Shown here: piece by piece, positions 1 to 12,548 of the stretch
How positions within the stretch are numbered: position 1 is the first letter of the stretch
Layout: the number at the start of each line of letters is the position of its first letter
Assembly: GCA_031763465.1 (NCBI GenBank)
Contig: JARFOE010000100.1
Coordinates: forward strand, 435,948 to 487,971
Source of the DNA: Squatina squatina
Lineage: Eukaryota
Direction: 5' to 3'
DNA: 52,024 nucleotides
The notes under the pieces: model-generated
Databases searched by the model: none
Seen by the model: only the letters and a program-made list of their open reading frames with translations
What the model was told of the DNA's origin: nothing
Translations under genes and position numbers: made by a program

Positions 1-104
1 TTCAGCTACTCGACACTTAATGATTTAACTTGTGTGGCAAATGAGTAAACTGCTTTCTCTTTTTTGTTCCCCTTTCCAATCCCGTACACGCCCCTCCTGC
101 CTAG

Positions 105-215
105 TTTGAGGCTCCTGGGCCTCTGCAGGATGAAGGAAGCCTATTGGACTTGGACTTTGATCCTCTGAAGCCAGAGTCCGGTACAGTAGTGAGAGCCGCG
201 TCACCAGTCTCTCAG
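105..215 (+). CDS. BIN1: BIN1 (amphiphysin II) internal exon of the CLAP (clathrin/AP-2 binding) region: [37 protein letters not shown]
   Basis: Long pyrimidine tract and CTAG acceptor (AG 103-104), CAG|GTTTGT donor (GT 216-217). 111 nt, phase 0/0, open frame. Contains the clathrin box LLDLD. The peptide closely matches the recalled human BIN1 segment [23 protein letters not shown]...PSGQ, and FEAPGP favours BIN1 over AMPH. Confidence 0.9.
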
Positions 216-419
216 GTTTGTTCAAGCTCGGCCTTTTCTCTAGTTAGTGACCCAGCCGTTCATAGCATCGCAAATTCTGTTCGTGTAAGAGTTGACTGCT
301 GGTTGAACCAAGCCGTCGTGTTCTTCTGTGAGGTATCTCTATGGGCTCTCGGAGGGGAAAAGATAACCACCTGCTCAGGCTGCTGGTTGCCCGGAAGATG
401 CCACACCTTGAAATTTTAG

Positions 420-640
420 CATCTTTTCTTTTGTGCTCGCGAGGTGGGCGAGGCTTCATTTATTGCCCATCCTTCGTTGTCCCAAAAAGATGTTGGTAGG
501 GTTTGGCCTCGAACTACTGTAGTCTGTTTGGTGATGGTGCTCCCACGATGGTGTTGAGTATTGAATTCCAGGATATTGACCCAGTGACCACTGCTGTTTA
601 TAATTGGGATCCAGTAACCCACCAAACTGGCATTGGTGGT
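420..640 (-). mobile_element. 3' end of an abundant non-LTR retrotransposon (degenerate copy)
   Basis: Shares TTTATTGCCCATCC and GAATTCCAGGAT.TTGACCCAG.GAC with the copies at 17690-18270 and 11565-11675. Confidence 0.6.
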
Positions 641-2033
641 TGAAGAGCATTCACTAATTATAGTTAGTAGCTTCTAGTTGCCTGAAGTTTTTAAAAACTG
701 CACCTCAGAGAGTCAAATGACACATTTAATTTGTGATCTCAAAGTCAGACCTGCACTGACTAAGCATTTATTGAATTAACTTATGTAGCTATTATTTGTA
801 CACTTCTTGTTGTTGAAGGTGAAGACTCCACTGTGTTAGATGAAATCTTGATGTTTTTATCTAATTTTTTNNNNNNNNNNNNNNNNNNNNNNNNNNNNNN
901 NNNNNNNNNNNNNNNNNNNNNNNNNNNNNNNNNNNNNNNNNNNNNNNNNNNNNNNNNNNNNNNNNNNNNNCTTTGGGGCTGGTGTCCTAGACACCAATTC
1001 GAGGAGCTGATTAGAGATTCAAATTACACATGCAAATGACTCTATTAGTTGGATTCACTGCCCAAATTCACGGTCGATGATCGATGACATTTATAATAGT
1101 AACAGATAACAGCAACACAATTAAACAGAACAAAAGAAGACAAATTGTTATCACCTTAGCAACAAATAACACAAATGGATTGCCACAGCCGCCCGCTAGT
1201 ATTCAATTATCATGACAATGTTTAAATACCAAAGAGTTGTTTTCAACATGCTCAGTGCTTAGTGCATAGTATTTAAGATTCAGCTCTTGCCTCCTTCGAT
1301 TGATTTATGTGGCTGTGTGTTGGGGAAAATTGTGTGTCCTTTTCACTGAGCTGGGCACCACTTCTTGAGGTGGCTTTATGGAAAACAAATTAGTCTGGTT
1401 TCAGGTTAGCGTGATGTTAAGATTCCTCTTTAATGTTAGGCCTCGAAGCTTTGGCCGTTGAGTGGCTTAGGCGGCGAGAGGATTTTCGTAAATGATATAA
1501 AATAAAATATAATATATTGATTTGAAGAGCTTTAAGCTACCTGAGGTATGTACACTGTTGGATCAATTTGTTGGGAGANNNNNNNNNNNNNNNNNNNNNN
1601 NNNNNNNNNNNNNNNNNNNNNNNNNNNNNNNNNNNNNNNNNNNNNNNNNNNNNNNNNNNNNNNNNNNNNNNNNNNNNNTCCATCTTGTACTCTCACGATA
1701 ACACAATTACAAGTTGTTTTGTCACACAGAGTAGCAGAAACACAATGTCCAGCCAAACTGTAAAAGGTTGTTTATGAAACATTCATCAAATCTGTTTCTT
1801 ATTTCCTTTGAATTTAGCTCTTTCAAAAATTGGATTTCTGTAGATAAACATTTCTCAAATCAATCTTTTACTATTTCATCAATATCTGTGCCATTCCTGG
1901 ATTGTGTTGAAACGCTAACAAAAAATCTTCCACTTCCTCACCAACCGAATGTATCAAAACAAAAAAAGAGTCTTGCATTTATATAGTGCCTTTCATGACC
2001 ACTGGACGTCACAAATTTTACCTCCCATATGGA

Positions 2034-2160
2034 AGTCTCACCAAGACTACCCTCATGAAAGTTACCAATGATACTCTGTGTGACTGCAACCATGGCACTC
2101 TCCTTATCCTCCTCTCCCTCTCTGCAGCTTTCAACAGTTGGCCATTCTATCCTTCCCTAC
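2034..2160 (+). mobile_element. L2-clade LINE reverse transcriptase fragment
   Basis: Translates TKTTLMKVTNDTLCDCNHGTLLILLSLSAAFN, matching the L2 RT motif STETALxKVTND...LxLLDLSAAFD. Confidence 0.75.
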
Positions 2161-2174
2161 CATCTTTCCTGTGT

Positions 2175-2375
2175 GAACATAGAATCATAGAAACTTACAG
2201 CACAGGAGGAGGCCATTTGGCTCATTGTGCTTGTGCTGGCTCTTTGAAAGAGCAGTTGTGCTTACTCCCACATCTTCACTTTTTGGCTGTAACCCTGTAA
2301 GTTCCTCATTCTCAAGTTCTTGTCCAACTCTCTTAAAATTATTTATGGAATCACCTTCCAACACCTTTTCAGGTA
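2175..2375 (-). mobile_element. CR1-type LINE 3' end
   Basis: Reverse-oriented (TTCTATG)-like tail (CATAGAATCATAGAA) plus GGAGGCCATTTGGC. The - strand translation EKVLEGDSINNFKR resembles the CR1 ORF2 C-terminus. Confidence 0.65.
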
Positions 2376-2475
2376 NNNNNNNNNNNNNNNNNNNNNNNNN
2401 NNNNNNNNNNNNNNNNNNNNNNNNNNNNNNNNNNNNNNNNNNNNNNNNNNNNNNNNNNNNNNNNNNNNNNNNNNN

Positions 2476-2878
2476 CCGTAATGTAGGAGATGCGGCAGCC
2501 AACTTGCACAGCAAGCTCCCACAAACAAGCAGGCAATTTGATAATGACCAGATATTCTGTTTCAGTGATGTTGGTTGAGTAATGCATGGAAACACGGCAG
2601 CCAATAACGACCAGGTCATCTGTTTTCGTGGTGTTGGTTGAGGGACAAATAGTGGCCCAGGACACCGGGGAGCACTTCCCTGCACTTCTTCAAAAAATAG
2701 CGCCCTGGGGTCTTTTGCATCCACCTGAGAGGGCGAATGGGGCATCAGTTTAACGTCTCATCCGAAAGACAGAAGCTCCGACAATGTGGTGCTTTCTCAG
2801 TACTGCATTGGAGTGTCAGCCTAGGTTATGTGCTCAAGTCTCTGGAACGGGACTGTGAACCCAAACCCTTCTGACACA
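2476..2878 (-). mobile_element. tRNA-headed SINE with Deu-like core (SacSINE1/DeuSINE-like)
   Basis: Homologous to 16375-16790, 44750-45139 and 49240-49644. Core TTGCTGTGCA..TTGGCTGCC. Short internal duplication (2544-2579 versus 2607-2643). Confidence 0.75.
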
Positions 2879-3855
2879 GATTGTTACCAACAGAGCGTTT
2901 TTGCGTTTACAGAACGCTTGATCGAGTGAACTTTATTCCTGCTCCCCATGGAAGCTCTTTTCTAACTATCAGGTAATGTAATCCCGGATAAGAAAATGGT
3001 GTTTTACTGATGCCTCTGGGTTTAAATAATTAGGTTTTATTGAACCTAATTTCTGTTACAATTGTAAACTTTTTGTCTTGTTTTTATCAACTGCGCCACA
3101 AATGGTTTTGTAAGGAGAGCAACTATTTGAATTATTAACATGCATGTATAAATGAACTGAAACATCTGCACCACTATCCATCATCGTAATAGTCTTCCCC
3201 TATTGGCAAATGCAAAGTAATTCTTTGTAAGGGAGAATGAGGGCAGCAAAATCACACATGTAGGGAGTGTCAACTTCACGGCTGAATTCATTAGTTTTCA
3301 TTTATTTTAATAAGCACATTCAGCACAGTAATGATGTGGGTCTGTTTACAATTTCCTTCCCTTATGTAGATTCCGCCGTGCAAAAAAATAACTGCAGGGC
3401 GATCAGAACCTGAAAGGATTGTCACCCAGGATTCAGAGATCAGATTTGAAGTTATGAATCTAAGCCGGGTTTTTTTTTTGCTCAGAAACTGATTGGCAAG
3501 AACAGCAGTTTGAATATTCTTCACTTACGCGGTGACATAATTAAATAACTGACCTGTCTGTAGTACTCAAAAAGAACCTAGCTTGATACAAATAATTGAA
3601 CATTTATTGCACATTTCAAGACTACTTTTCGTATTGTTCATTTTATTAATTGGTTTTCTTTCCAGCCTGTCACAGTAGTTGTGCCTTATTAGTCAGAGCT
3701 GATTTCAATTAGTAATTAGTCATCAAGACCTGATTTAGAACAATAAATTAATAATTCATTAGGTGAAATGTTGTGAGATGGAACAACCACCTGATCAGTT
3801 CTATAAATGAAAGGCGCTCTTCCTCAGAATTCTGTGACATTCACGATTTTATATC

Positions 3856-4105
3856 AAATCCCCAGGGCTTGATAATCTACATCCCAGAGTACTAAAGGAA
3901 GTGGTCCTGGAAATAGTGGATGAATTGGTAGTCATCTTCCAAAATTCTTTAGACTCTGGAGCAGTTCCTATAGATTGGAGGGTGGCAAATGTAACCCCAC
4001 TATTTAAAAAAGGAGGGAGAGAAAAAATAGGGAATTACAGACCAGTTAGCCTAACATCAGTAGTGGGGAAAATGCTAGAGTCTATTATAAAAGATGTAAT
4101 AACAG
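3856..4105 (+). mobile_element. CR1 LINE ORF2 (reverse transcriptase N-terminal) fragment
   Basis: KSPGLDNLHPRVLKEV...DWRVANVTPLFKKGGREKIGNYRPVSLTSVVGKMLESIIKD is a canonical CR1 RT motif. Confidence 0.92.
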
Positions 4106-6473
4106 NNNNNNNNNNNNNNNNNNNNNNNNNNNNNNNNNNNNNNNNNNNNNNNNNNNNNNNNNNNNNNNNNNNNNNNNNNNNNNNNNNNNNNNNNNNNNNN
4201 NNNNNCTGAACCACTGCTAAATGTGTGAAATGAGATATGGGGTAATATCTACGATTCCCAAATGTGGGTCAAGTTGAACAGTACTTCAGTGGTTATTGGA
4301 TTCAGTAGACCAGAACCTAATCCCTTCATGCTAAAAACCCATGATAAAGCACAATATCTAATTTATTAATGGACGTTCCTCTCCCTGAATAAGAATGAGG
4401 CATGAGCCACTTTAGGTTATGAGAGGGCCATATTGGTTTGCAGATTGAAGTCTCTGCTGATCAGATTGCTGCTGTATTCTGAATGCCCTAACTTCCGCAT
4501 TGTCCCTCATTTCTTTTGCCATTAATATTTTCAGCATGGATTAAGCCACCTTCCCCATCTGTCACAGTGAGCTATATGCTGGTATCAGTAGATATTACTG
4601 TAGAAAAATACATAAATTCATCATAAATTCTCTGGTGGAAATATATGCTGTAGAGGAGTCTACATTTTGATGTGTTTTTCAATGCAGACTGCATAATCCG
4701 CACATTTGACAGTGGGCCCAATATTCAGACTGCTGGGTTTAATGGCACCTCTGGAAGTGTGTGTGGTGGCAACCATGGATTCTGTGACCTTTGGAACTGG
4801 CTGTGCATACCCTGCTTCTGGATTGATTACGTGTGTTAAATGCACCACCGATGTGTGCAAAACCAGGAGGCCAGTGCAGCACTCTGAACACAGNNNNNNN
4901 NNNNNNNNNNNNNNNNNNNNNNNNNNNNNNNNNNNNNNNNNNNNNNNNNNNNNNNNNNNNNNNNNNNNNNNNNNNNNNNNNNNNNNNNNNNNNTTTCAAA
5001 TATATGGTGGCTTTTGAACAAATCAGGTTTATTGCTCTGTGTCCAAGGGTCCGATAATTAATATCCTATAGCTAGAATATCAAACTGCTTATAAGAACTC
5101 CAGTGTATTATTTCACATAACCAATGAAATCGTAAGTTACATGTACAAATGGCCAATCGTGCTGAATATTAAAACAGTAAAGTACACTCAAAGAAGACTC
5201 GAGATTGCTGGGATCATTTAATCAGCTTTTTTTCTGTAACTATTCATAAACAAAATGGTAATTGCTAATTTAATTGAGTGTAAATTGAATACAGCCCATT
5301 AAGACGTGGTGAGTGGCATTATCTGGTGTCTCAAACCGAACAGTTGTTAATAGCAATAAACTGATATTGTGGGATTTTCATGCTGTGCTCTATCTTGTAA
5401 TTCCAGTCACAGTTATGAAGTCTTTAGAGAAAGGACTGCATGATTAACTGGAGCAATAGCTGTCCAAGTAGCAGATATTATGTTGGTTTGGTTGATAGCA
5501 CTTATGGGCTCCAAGAGCCCAGTCCAGGACTTCAGCGTATAATCGTGGTTGACATTTCAGTGAGGTAATGAGCAAGTGTGGTGTTCAGCCTAAGTTGTAA
5601 GCTGAGGCCCTGTCTGCCTCACCTGTGGACATTAATGACCCCCGGACATCATTTTGTAAAACAGCAGGAAGTTCTGGTGTCCTGGTCAACATTCTTGCCT
5701 CAACCAACCAAAAGCTATCAAAAAACAGGTCACGCATCTCATTGCTATGTGCAAAATGTTTGCCACGTTTGTCTACTGCACTTGCAAGTAATNNNNNNNN
5801 NNNNNNNNNNNNNNNNNNNNNNNNNNNNNNNNNNNNNNNNNNNNNNNNNNNNNNNNNNNNNNNNNNNNNNNNNNNNNNNNNNNNNNNNNNNNATTATCTG
5901 AATGGTGGCCGATTAGGAAATGGGGAGGTGCAAAACGTCCCCTATTCTGGGAATTAATTTTAAAAAACTAGTTTGAATCCCAGCAAACACATAATTGGTT
6001 TGACTCATTGTAAATTGTAGCTAGTCTGAAGTCTGAAGTAAGTGCATTATTATCTCAGTGAACATCTAACAACCTTGAACCCTTTGCAAACGTGACCAGT
6101 TTACTAAAGAAGCGCCTACTTGGAGCAGAATTCCTGTGAACTTTGGTTAACGGAAGACAATTTACAAGCCTCACACTGTAACCCTTTCAATCATTCATTC
6201 AACATTCAATTTAGATTCACCTCAATTGGAATAAAAACCCAAAACACAGACCAAAAACATTGATTTTGCACAAAATTGATTAAACTTCTAAAATGTGGTC
6301 CTGTCTCTGGAGAAAACGTGACAGCGAATTGATTGATTGCAACTTGACACACGTCTGCAGCGAACACCTTCAGGCCTTCTGTTCATCCCTCTGAACACGT
6401 TCCACTCTGATTCACCGTGATATGTACACTACAGTACACCATGTCAGCCTCTGATCCAAGCAGTCAGTCACAC

Positions 6474-6805
6474 CAACAACCTGCACTTATATAGCGTCTT
6501 CAATGTGGTATGCCTCTCAAGGTGCTCGACAGGGGCGTTATCAGAATAAATCTGACACCCAGCCGCATAAGGAGATATTGGGACGGGTGTCCAAAAGCTT
6601 GGTCAAAAGAGGTAGGTTATGAGGAATGTCTTAAAGGAGGAGGAGAGAGGTGGCGAGGTTTAAGGAGAGCCTGGGCAGCTGAAGGCACGGCCACCAGTGG
6701 TGGGACAATGGAAATCAAGGGGCCAGAATTGGAAGAACACAGAGTTCTCGGAGTGTTGTAAAGCTGGAGGAGGTTACAGAGGTAGGGAGGGGTGAGGCGA
6801 TGGAG
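6474..6805 (-). mobile_element. L2-type LINE 3' end
   Basis: The - strand reads LHRLTPPYLCNLLQLYNTPRTLCSSNSG. Tail GCTATATAAGTGCAGGTTGTTG. Same family as 47695-47961. Confidence 0.75.
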
Positions 6806-8404
6806 NNNNNNNNNNNNNNNNNNNNNNNNNNNNNNNNNNNNNNNNNNNNNNNNNNNNNNNNNNNNNNNNNNNNNNNNNNNNNNNNNNNNNNNNNNNNNNN
6901 NNNNNAGTGGTTGGCGATGGTTGATCCCTGCTGGAATGGGATAAGGGTTCAGGTATGATGTCCTTTGTGTGAGGTGTACAGGGAGTTGCAAGCTCCTTGG
7001 GAACCAAAGCCCATCGGGGGTCCAATAAATGATAAATTGTGAACAATAAGGAGTCACTCATGGACAAGTAATTACTTTCCTTTCCTGGGAGAATGGGTAC
7101 CATGAAGATAGTGGCAGGGAGTGAGGGATGTAGTTAGGACGGAATGCGTTTTAATGGCCATTGGCCTGGGAAAAGCAGTGGACCAAAGATGTATTTTGCA
7201 TTTCTGTTGCCATTTGGAGAACAAGAAACCAACCCTCACACTAATCTAACATGTTCTTACTGAATGCAACCATTACAAAAGAAGCAAAGGCAGGGAACTG
7301 CTTCCTGTACAAAGTACTCCCCATCTGTCGTTTTAGAAGAAAACATATCTCCTCACTTTTGTAAAGTAGCTTTGTTTGAGTGTCATATTTTCCAGGCTCA
7401 CATTGGCCCAATATTTCAGTGTTCCTGAGTGACTCAGGCTATATAGAGCGGGATTCACTGAACAGGAACAAACACCCAACCTCAGTCCCGCTTATCATAA
7501 CAACAGTCACCAATGCTGAGTATTCAGTGGCACCTTGTTGTTCCTAACTTTTCCATGATTTCTGGCTGGTGACAAACGCAGACTCCCGCTAAACTCAGGG
7601 GAGCCATTCAGGGATGCACACCTGCTGCCCCCATAACTTTCACCACAAGAGTAACTCAAGACTGGAGCGGAGGCCTAAAATGAGGTGGTGGATGAGACTC
7701 TACTAATATAAGGATGCTTCCTAATTGGTGAGATAAGGAATATTTCATACACAAAATATTCCTTTTCCCCCCCCTCTTTTAAGTCATGCAACATTGAAGT
7801 GCTCGCTCTCATACTCTGCCTTATTCAAAGGACCCCTATCCATTCTATCCCGAGGCTCAAGTTTGATGTGTCGGGCAGGTATAACTTATTGTACAAGGGT
7901 TCAAAATTCTCCGGGCAATATTAGTAACGAAGGCAATGCTAATTTTCAACAGGTTAATGCCTTTCTTAAATAGCAAATGGAGGACTTCCATGCAATGGTC
8001 CACCATGTTCCTTATCGCACAACTCGATTGCAATTCTTCTGTGTTAGCTGGTGTGTGAAGGGAATGGCAGGACGCTTTTTCATATCACGTTACATTTTAT
8101 ACAGGCAGCGTACCAAGATCCTCGTAAAGTTATCAGCACTCAAAATATGAAAAAAAAATTATCTGGTTGCATTATCTTTTACCATATGAACCAAAGTAAT
8201 GCCTGACATCTAGCCTTATGACATCAGAATACGTATAGATGAAATGATAAAACTATGAGCGGAATGATAAGCTATTAGTGGCACTGTGAATCCTTGACTT
8301 CTTGGCAAATTGAGATGTTGCAACCTTTGGTGTATCGACTTCATTGATACCAGGGTTATTGCGCCTCTGAGCTTACCTCTCTTGCATCCCCGAAGCTCCA
8401 AATA

Positions 8405-9195
8405 TGTCCTTCCNNNNNNNNNNNNNNNNNNNNNNNNNNNNNNNNNNNNNNNNNNNNNNNNNNNNNNNNNNNNNNNNNNNNNNNNNNNNNNNNNNNNNNN
8501 NNNNNNNNNNNNNNNNNNNNNNNNNNNNNNNNNNNNNNNNNNNNNNNNNNNNNNNNNNNNNNNNNNNNNNNNNNNNNNNNNNNNNNNNNNNNNNNNNNNN
8601 NNNNNNNNNNNNNNNNNNNNNNNNNNNNNNCCCTGCCTTCTTTCCTTCCTGCTTTCNNNNNNNNNNNNNNNNNNNNNNNNNNNNNNNNNNNNNNNNNNNN
8701 NNNNNNNNNNNNNNNNNNNNNNNNNNNNNNNNNNNNNNNNNNNNNNNNNNNNNNNNNNNNNNNNNNNNNNNNNNNNNNNNNNNNNNNNNNNNNNNNNNNN
8801 NNNNNNNNNNNNNNNNNNNNNNNNNNNNNNNNNNNNNNNNNNNNNNNNNNNNNNNNNNNNNNNNNTTCTTTCTTTCCAACCATCTTTCCTTCCTGCCTTC
8901 CTTCCTTCCATCATTTCTTCCTGATTTCCGTCCTTCTTTCCTGCCTTACTGCCTTCCTTCCTTACTTCCTCCCTACTTTCCTTCCTGCCTTCCTTCCTTC
9001 CATCATTTCTTCCTGCTTTCCGTCCTNNNNNNNNNNNNNNNNNNNNNNNNNNNNNNNNNNNNNNNNNNNNNNNNNNNNNNNNNNNNNNNNNNNNNNNNNN
9101 NNNNNNNNNNNNNNNNNNNNNNNNNNNNNNNNNNNNNNNNNNNNNNNNNNNNNNNNNNNNNNNNNNCACTGCCTTCATTCCTTTCTGCCTTCCTT
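8405..9195 (+). repeat. Degenerate (CCTT)n polypyrimidine microsatellite, partly gapped
   Basis: CTTC/CCTG-rich stretches flank three sized gaps. Confidence 0.85.
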
Positions 9196-10231
9196 TGATC
9201 TTGTTGTCTCACCTTCCTCCCTGCCAGTTAGATTGTCATCAGCTTAGATGCTCCAAACCGCACAGATGAAAGTCAGTGGTCTGTGGTATTGATGTTCCTT
9301 CTCACTTATTGTAGTCTTTCCATGGGACTCACAGAGCACTTGGCAATTTTAAAACACAATCTTCCTTTGTGCCTTTTTAATTAGGAAAAGCTTTGAAGTT
9401 GAGGAAACCCTTGGGTTGCTGGTATAATCACAACAATATAAAATGATAAATTTATTGATGTAGAGATCCCAGAAGGTATGTGCTGAGACATAATTCTTTC
9501 AATTTGAAACATTGCACATGCGAGTAATACAAACAAAAAACACAATCACAAAAGTGGGCCAGCTCGTCATCTCCAGAGAGTGATAGAACATAGTTTTAGT
9601 GTGAAGAAACCTATTACTGTTTGGACATCGGAATTCATACCAGAGACACATAAAGTAGGAAGCAATTGGGGATTGGTACTGAGTCATGGGGTATTAATTC
9701 AATTGAACAGCTCTTGTGATTCAAACAGATTTTGAAAATATAGTTTGACTGGTTTAATAACAGCAGCAAATCCCAGCCATGAGGTGAGAGGGGCATGGAG
9801 GCAAGGGGTGTGAGAAAGGTAAGAGGGAGAATGGCCTGTTCTGAGCCTAGTGTCATTCATTTTTATTAAACCTTGTTATCAAAGTCAACAATATTTTCAC
9901 AGTTGCAAATATTGCAGGGGTCATTTTACAAGGCCAGTCTCCTGGTCCAGCAAAGCCTTGCATTGAAAAAGTCAACCTTAAGTTCAAANNNNNNNNNNNN
10001 NNNNNNNNNNNNNNNNNNNNNNNNNNNNNNNNNNNNNNNNNNNNNNNNNNNNNNNNNNNNNNNNNNNNNNNNNNNNNNNNNNNNNNNNCTTGTTCTTGCC
10101 ACCAAAGTGGATACCCTCACATTTATCCACATTATACTGCATGGCATGGGCTTGGTGGGCCGAATAGCCTTCTTCCGTGCTGCAACCATTCTCTGATTCT
10201 ATGAAGGTGTAGCTTTAATAATGACTATAAA

Positions 10232-10492
10232 TCCAATAAGGAATTCAGGAGGAACTTCTTTACCCAGAGAGTGGTGAGAATGTGGAACTTGCTGCCACAG
10301 GGAGTGGTTGAGGCGAATAGCATGGATGCATTTCAGGGGAAGCTGGAGGAGTACATGAGGGAGAAAGGAATAGTATTATATGCCGATAGGGTGAGATGAA
10401 GTAGGTTGGGAGGAAGCCCGTGTGGAGCATAAACGCTGGCATAGACTGGTTATGCCGGGCCTGTTTCTGTGCTGTAAATTCTATGTAATTAT
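10232..10492 (+). mobile_element. CR1-derived 3' end repeat
   Basis: GAATTCAGGAGGAACTTCTTTACCCAGAGAGTGGTGAGAATGTGGAAC encodes RRNFFTQRVVRMWN. Related to 12560-12685 and, in reverse, 39180-39418. Confidence 0.8.
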
Positions 10493-11564
10493 GCCCTTGT
10501 TTCTGAAGATCTACCCAATGGTGAGACACCACATGAGTAACAAAATAGAACAATATATGAGAACATTTTAGCTGGCCCACACTGCACCTATGTGATAGTC
10601 TCTGTTTAATGAAGCCTTTTGTTTACTAGACATGCACAAGACAGTGGCTGCCAGAATAACTAAATGTCAAACCCACAGATGCAGGCATATAAAAGCATGA
10701 ATACCGTTTATTGTCACTGACAGGGCCAAGAAATGAAATTTATGGGTAATATATTACATTTGATTATGAAAGCCAAGCTGGCCACAATTTAATCACCTCA
10801 AATCAGGAGCAGGAGAGAGAGAGGGAGATGGACACCTCAGCCAAACCATGCAAGCCAAATCAGACTCAGCGCGTTTAATTACGTTTTTTTTTAAAATTAC
10901 ATTTTAAATGCTCATTTGCGTCCCAGCTGCACTATTAAATTCTGTCTGACTCTGCAGCGTGTTGCTTCAGAGCAGGGCCAAGAGGGGAATGCTCTGAACA
11001 TATTGTCCTCGGAGGTTACTTTATTTACACAGGCCCATCTCCGTTGCTCCTGCTTGGTACATTCGATCACAATGGAAGGTAGGACTTCCATCTCGAAAGC
11101 TCCTCGGCAGCAGGCTTTACAACATTGAAAGTCAAGGTTTGCTCCGCAGTGGCTGATCTGTCACTAATGAGATTCGGATGGCTGATCAGTCTGCAATCAA
11201 TAAATTAAACGGTTGGCATCTTCCCGAGAAGGGACTGGCAATCTCTGTTGGTTTTCCAAACACTGGTGGAGTGATGCAAAGGACACCAGAACGGCTCTTC
11301 TCGTCACTTGCGCGTGACAACAGCATGATGAAAACATTTTTATTCAGGTCACGAGGGAAGTTCCTTGAAGTTGACAAAAAAGTAGATTCGAGGGACCATT
11401 TGCTGAGGGAAGGATTGTGGGCCATGGTGAGAAATGANNNNNNNNNNGTCTTTGTGCTTCGATTTTAAAATGGGGGGGGTGGGGGCGGGTGAGCCCCAAA
11501 GTGTGAGGCACACCCGACGACTCATTGATGCCTATCTTAACGACAGGGCTTCATTTAAGTAAAT

Positions 11565-11675
11565 GTGCAGCGGTTCAAGAAGGCGGCTCATCACCACCTT
11601 TTCAAGGGCAACTAGGGATGGGCAATAAATGCTGGGCTTGCCAGCGATGCCCACACCCCAGGAACAAATAAAAAA
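11565..11675 (+). mobile_element. Extreme 3' end of a non-LTR retrotransposon with an A-rich tail
   Basis: CAGCGGTTCAAGAAGGCGGCTCATCACCACC...GGGATGGGCAATAAATGCTGG followed by an A-run. Reverse complement of the 17690-17800 region. Confidence 0.7.
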
Positions 11676-12004
11676 AAGAAGTTCCTGGAGTCACGCCTGA
11701 CAACCNNNNNNNNNNNNNNNNNNNNNNNNNNNNNNNNNNNNNNNNNNNNNNNNNNNNNNNNNNNNNNNNNNNNNNNNNNNNNNNNNNNNNNNNNNNNNNN
11801 NNNNNGTGCCTCAATTCTGCAGTCAGCGCCTCCATTGAGCAGTTAGCGCCTCCAAACAACGTCACTCCAGAAAAGTTAAAGAAATGCCGAATTTCCATCC
11901 AAATAATGCCTTCATGGCCAGGCGTGATTAAGGCGCTAAAAAGTGGTGCAACGTTTTTAGCGTGGCGCTACCGAATTTCACCCCCATGTGTAGTGTTCGG
12001 GTTA

Positions 12005-12265
12005 AAGAATACAAAGAGCCTGCATTTATATGTTGCCTTTCATGACCTCAGGACGTCCCAAAGCTCATTCCAGCCAGTGAAGTAATGTTGAAGTGTACTC
12101 ACTGGTGTAAAGTAGGAAACACAGCAGCCAATTTACGCACAGCAAGCTCCCACATACAGCAATTAAATAAATGACTATATTATCTGTTTTAGTGATGTTG
12201 GGTTTCCAAACGTCCTTCATTGGCTGTAAAGTGATTTGGGATGTTCGCAGGGTGTGAAAGGCACA
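12005..12265 (-). mobile_element. 3' half of the DeuSINE-like element, followed by a short oppositely oriented tail piece
   Basis: TGCATTTATAT...GGAAACACAGCAGCCAATTTACGCACAGCAAG, homologous to 44750-44950. Confidence 0.7.
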
Positions 12266-12502
12266 GTGGGAAAAGCATTTTCTGCAAGTTTACTGTATAA
12301 ATGTTAACCTAGTTAGGGAAAGCATTAACAGGTTTGGTCTGAAGATTGTACAGCCTTGTTTAGATGGTACGTTCTTAATGAAACCATATAATGAGACACC
12401 CTNNNNNNNNNNNNNNNNNNNNNNNNNNNNNNNNNNNNNNNNNNNNNNNNNNNNNNNNNNNNNNNNNNNNNNNNNNNNNNNNNNNNNNNNNNNNNNNNNN
12501 NN

Positions 12503-12548
12503 TCTATCTATTTATTACCTACCTATATATCTATTATCTATCTATCTT
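12503..12548 (+). repeat. Imperfect (TCTA)n microsatellite
   Basis: TCTATCTA...ATCTATTATCTATCTATCT at a gap edge. Confidence 0.7.

Noticed and set aside
4660-4893. Short ORFs on both strands, with a faint resemblance to a Harbinger nuclease (GFAHIGG)
   Set aside because: No convincing motif or splice structure, and the similarity is too weak to support.
8216-9212. Long ORFs up to 320 aa
   Set aside because: They consist of N-runs and a CCTT microsatellite. The same applies to 22401-23286 and 45100-46288.
11178-11468. 96-aa ATG ORF (MADQSAINK...)
   Set aside because: No family resemblance, and it runs into a gap.
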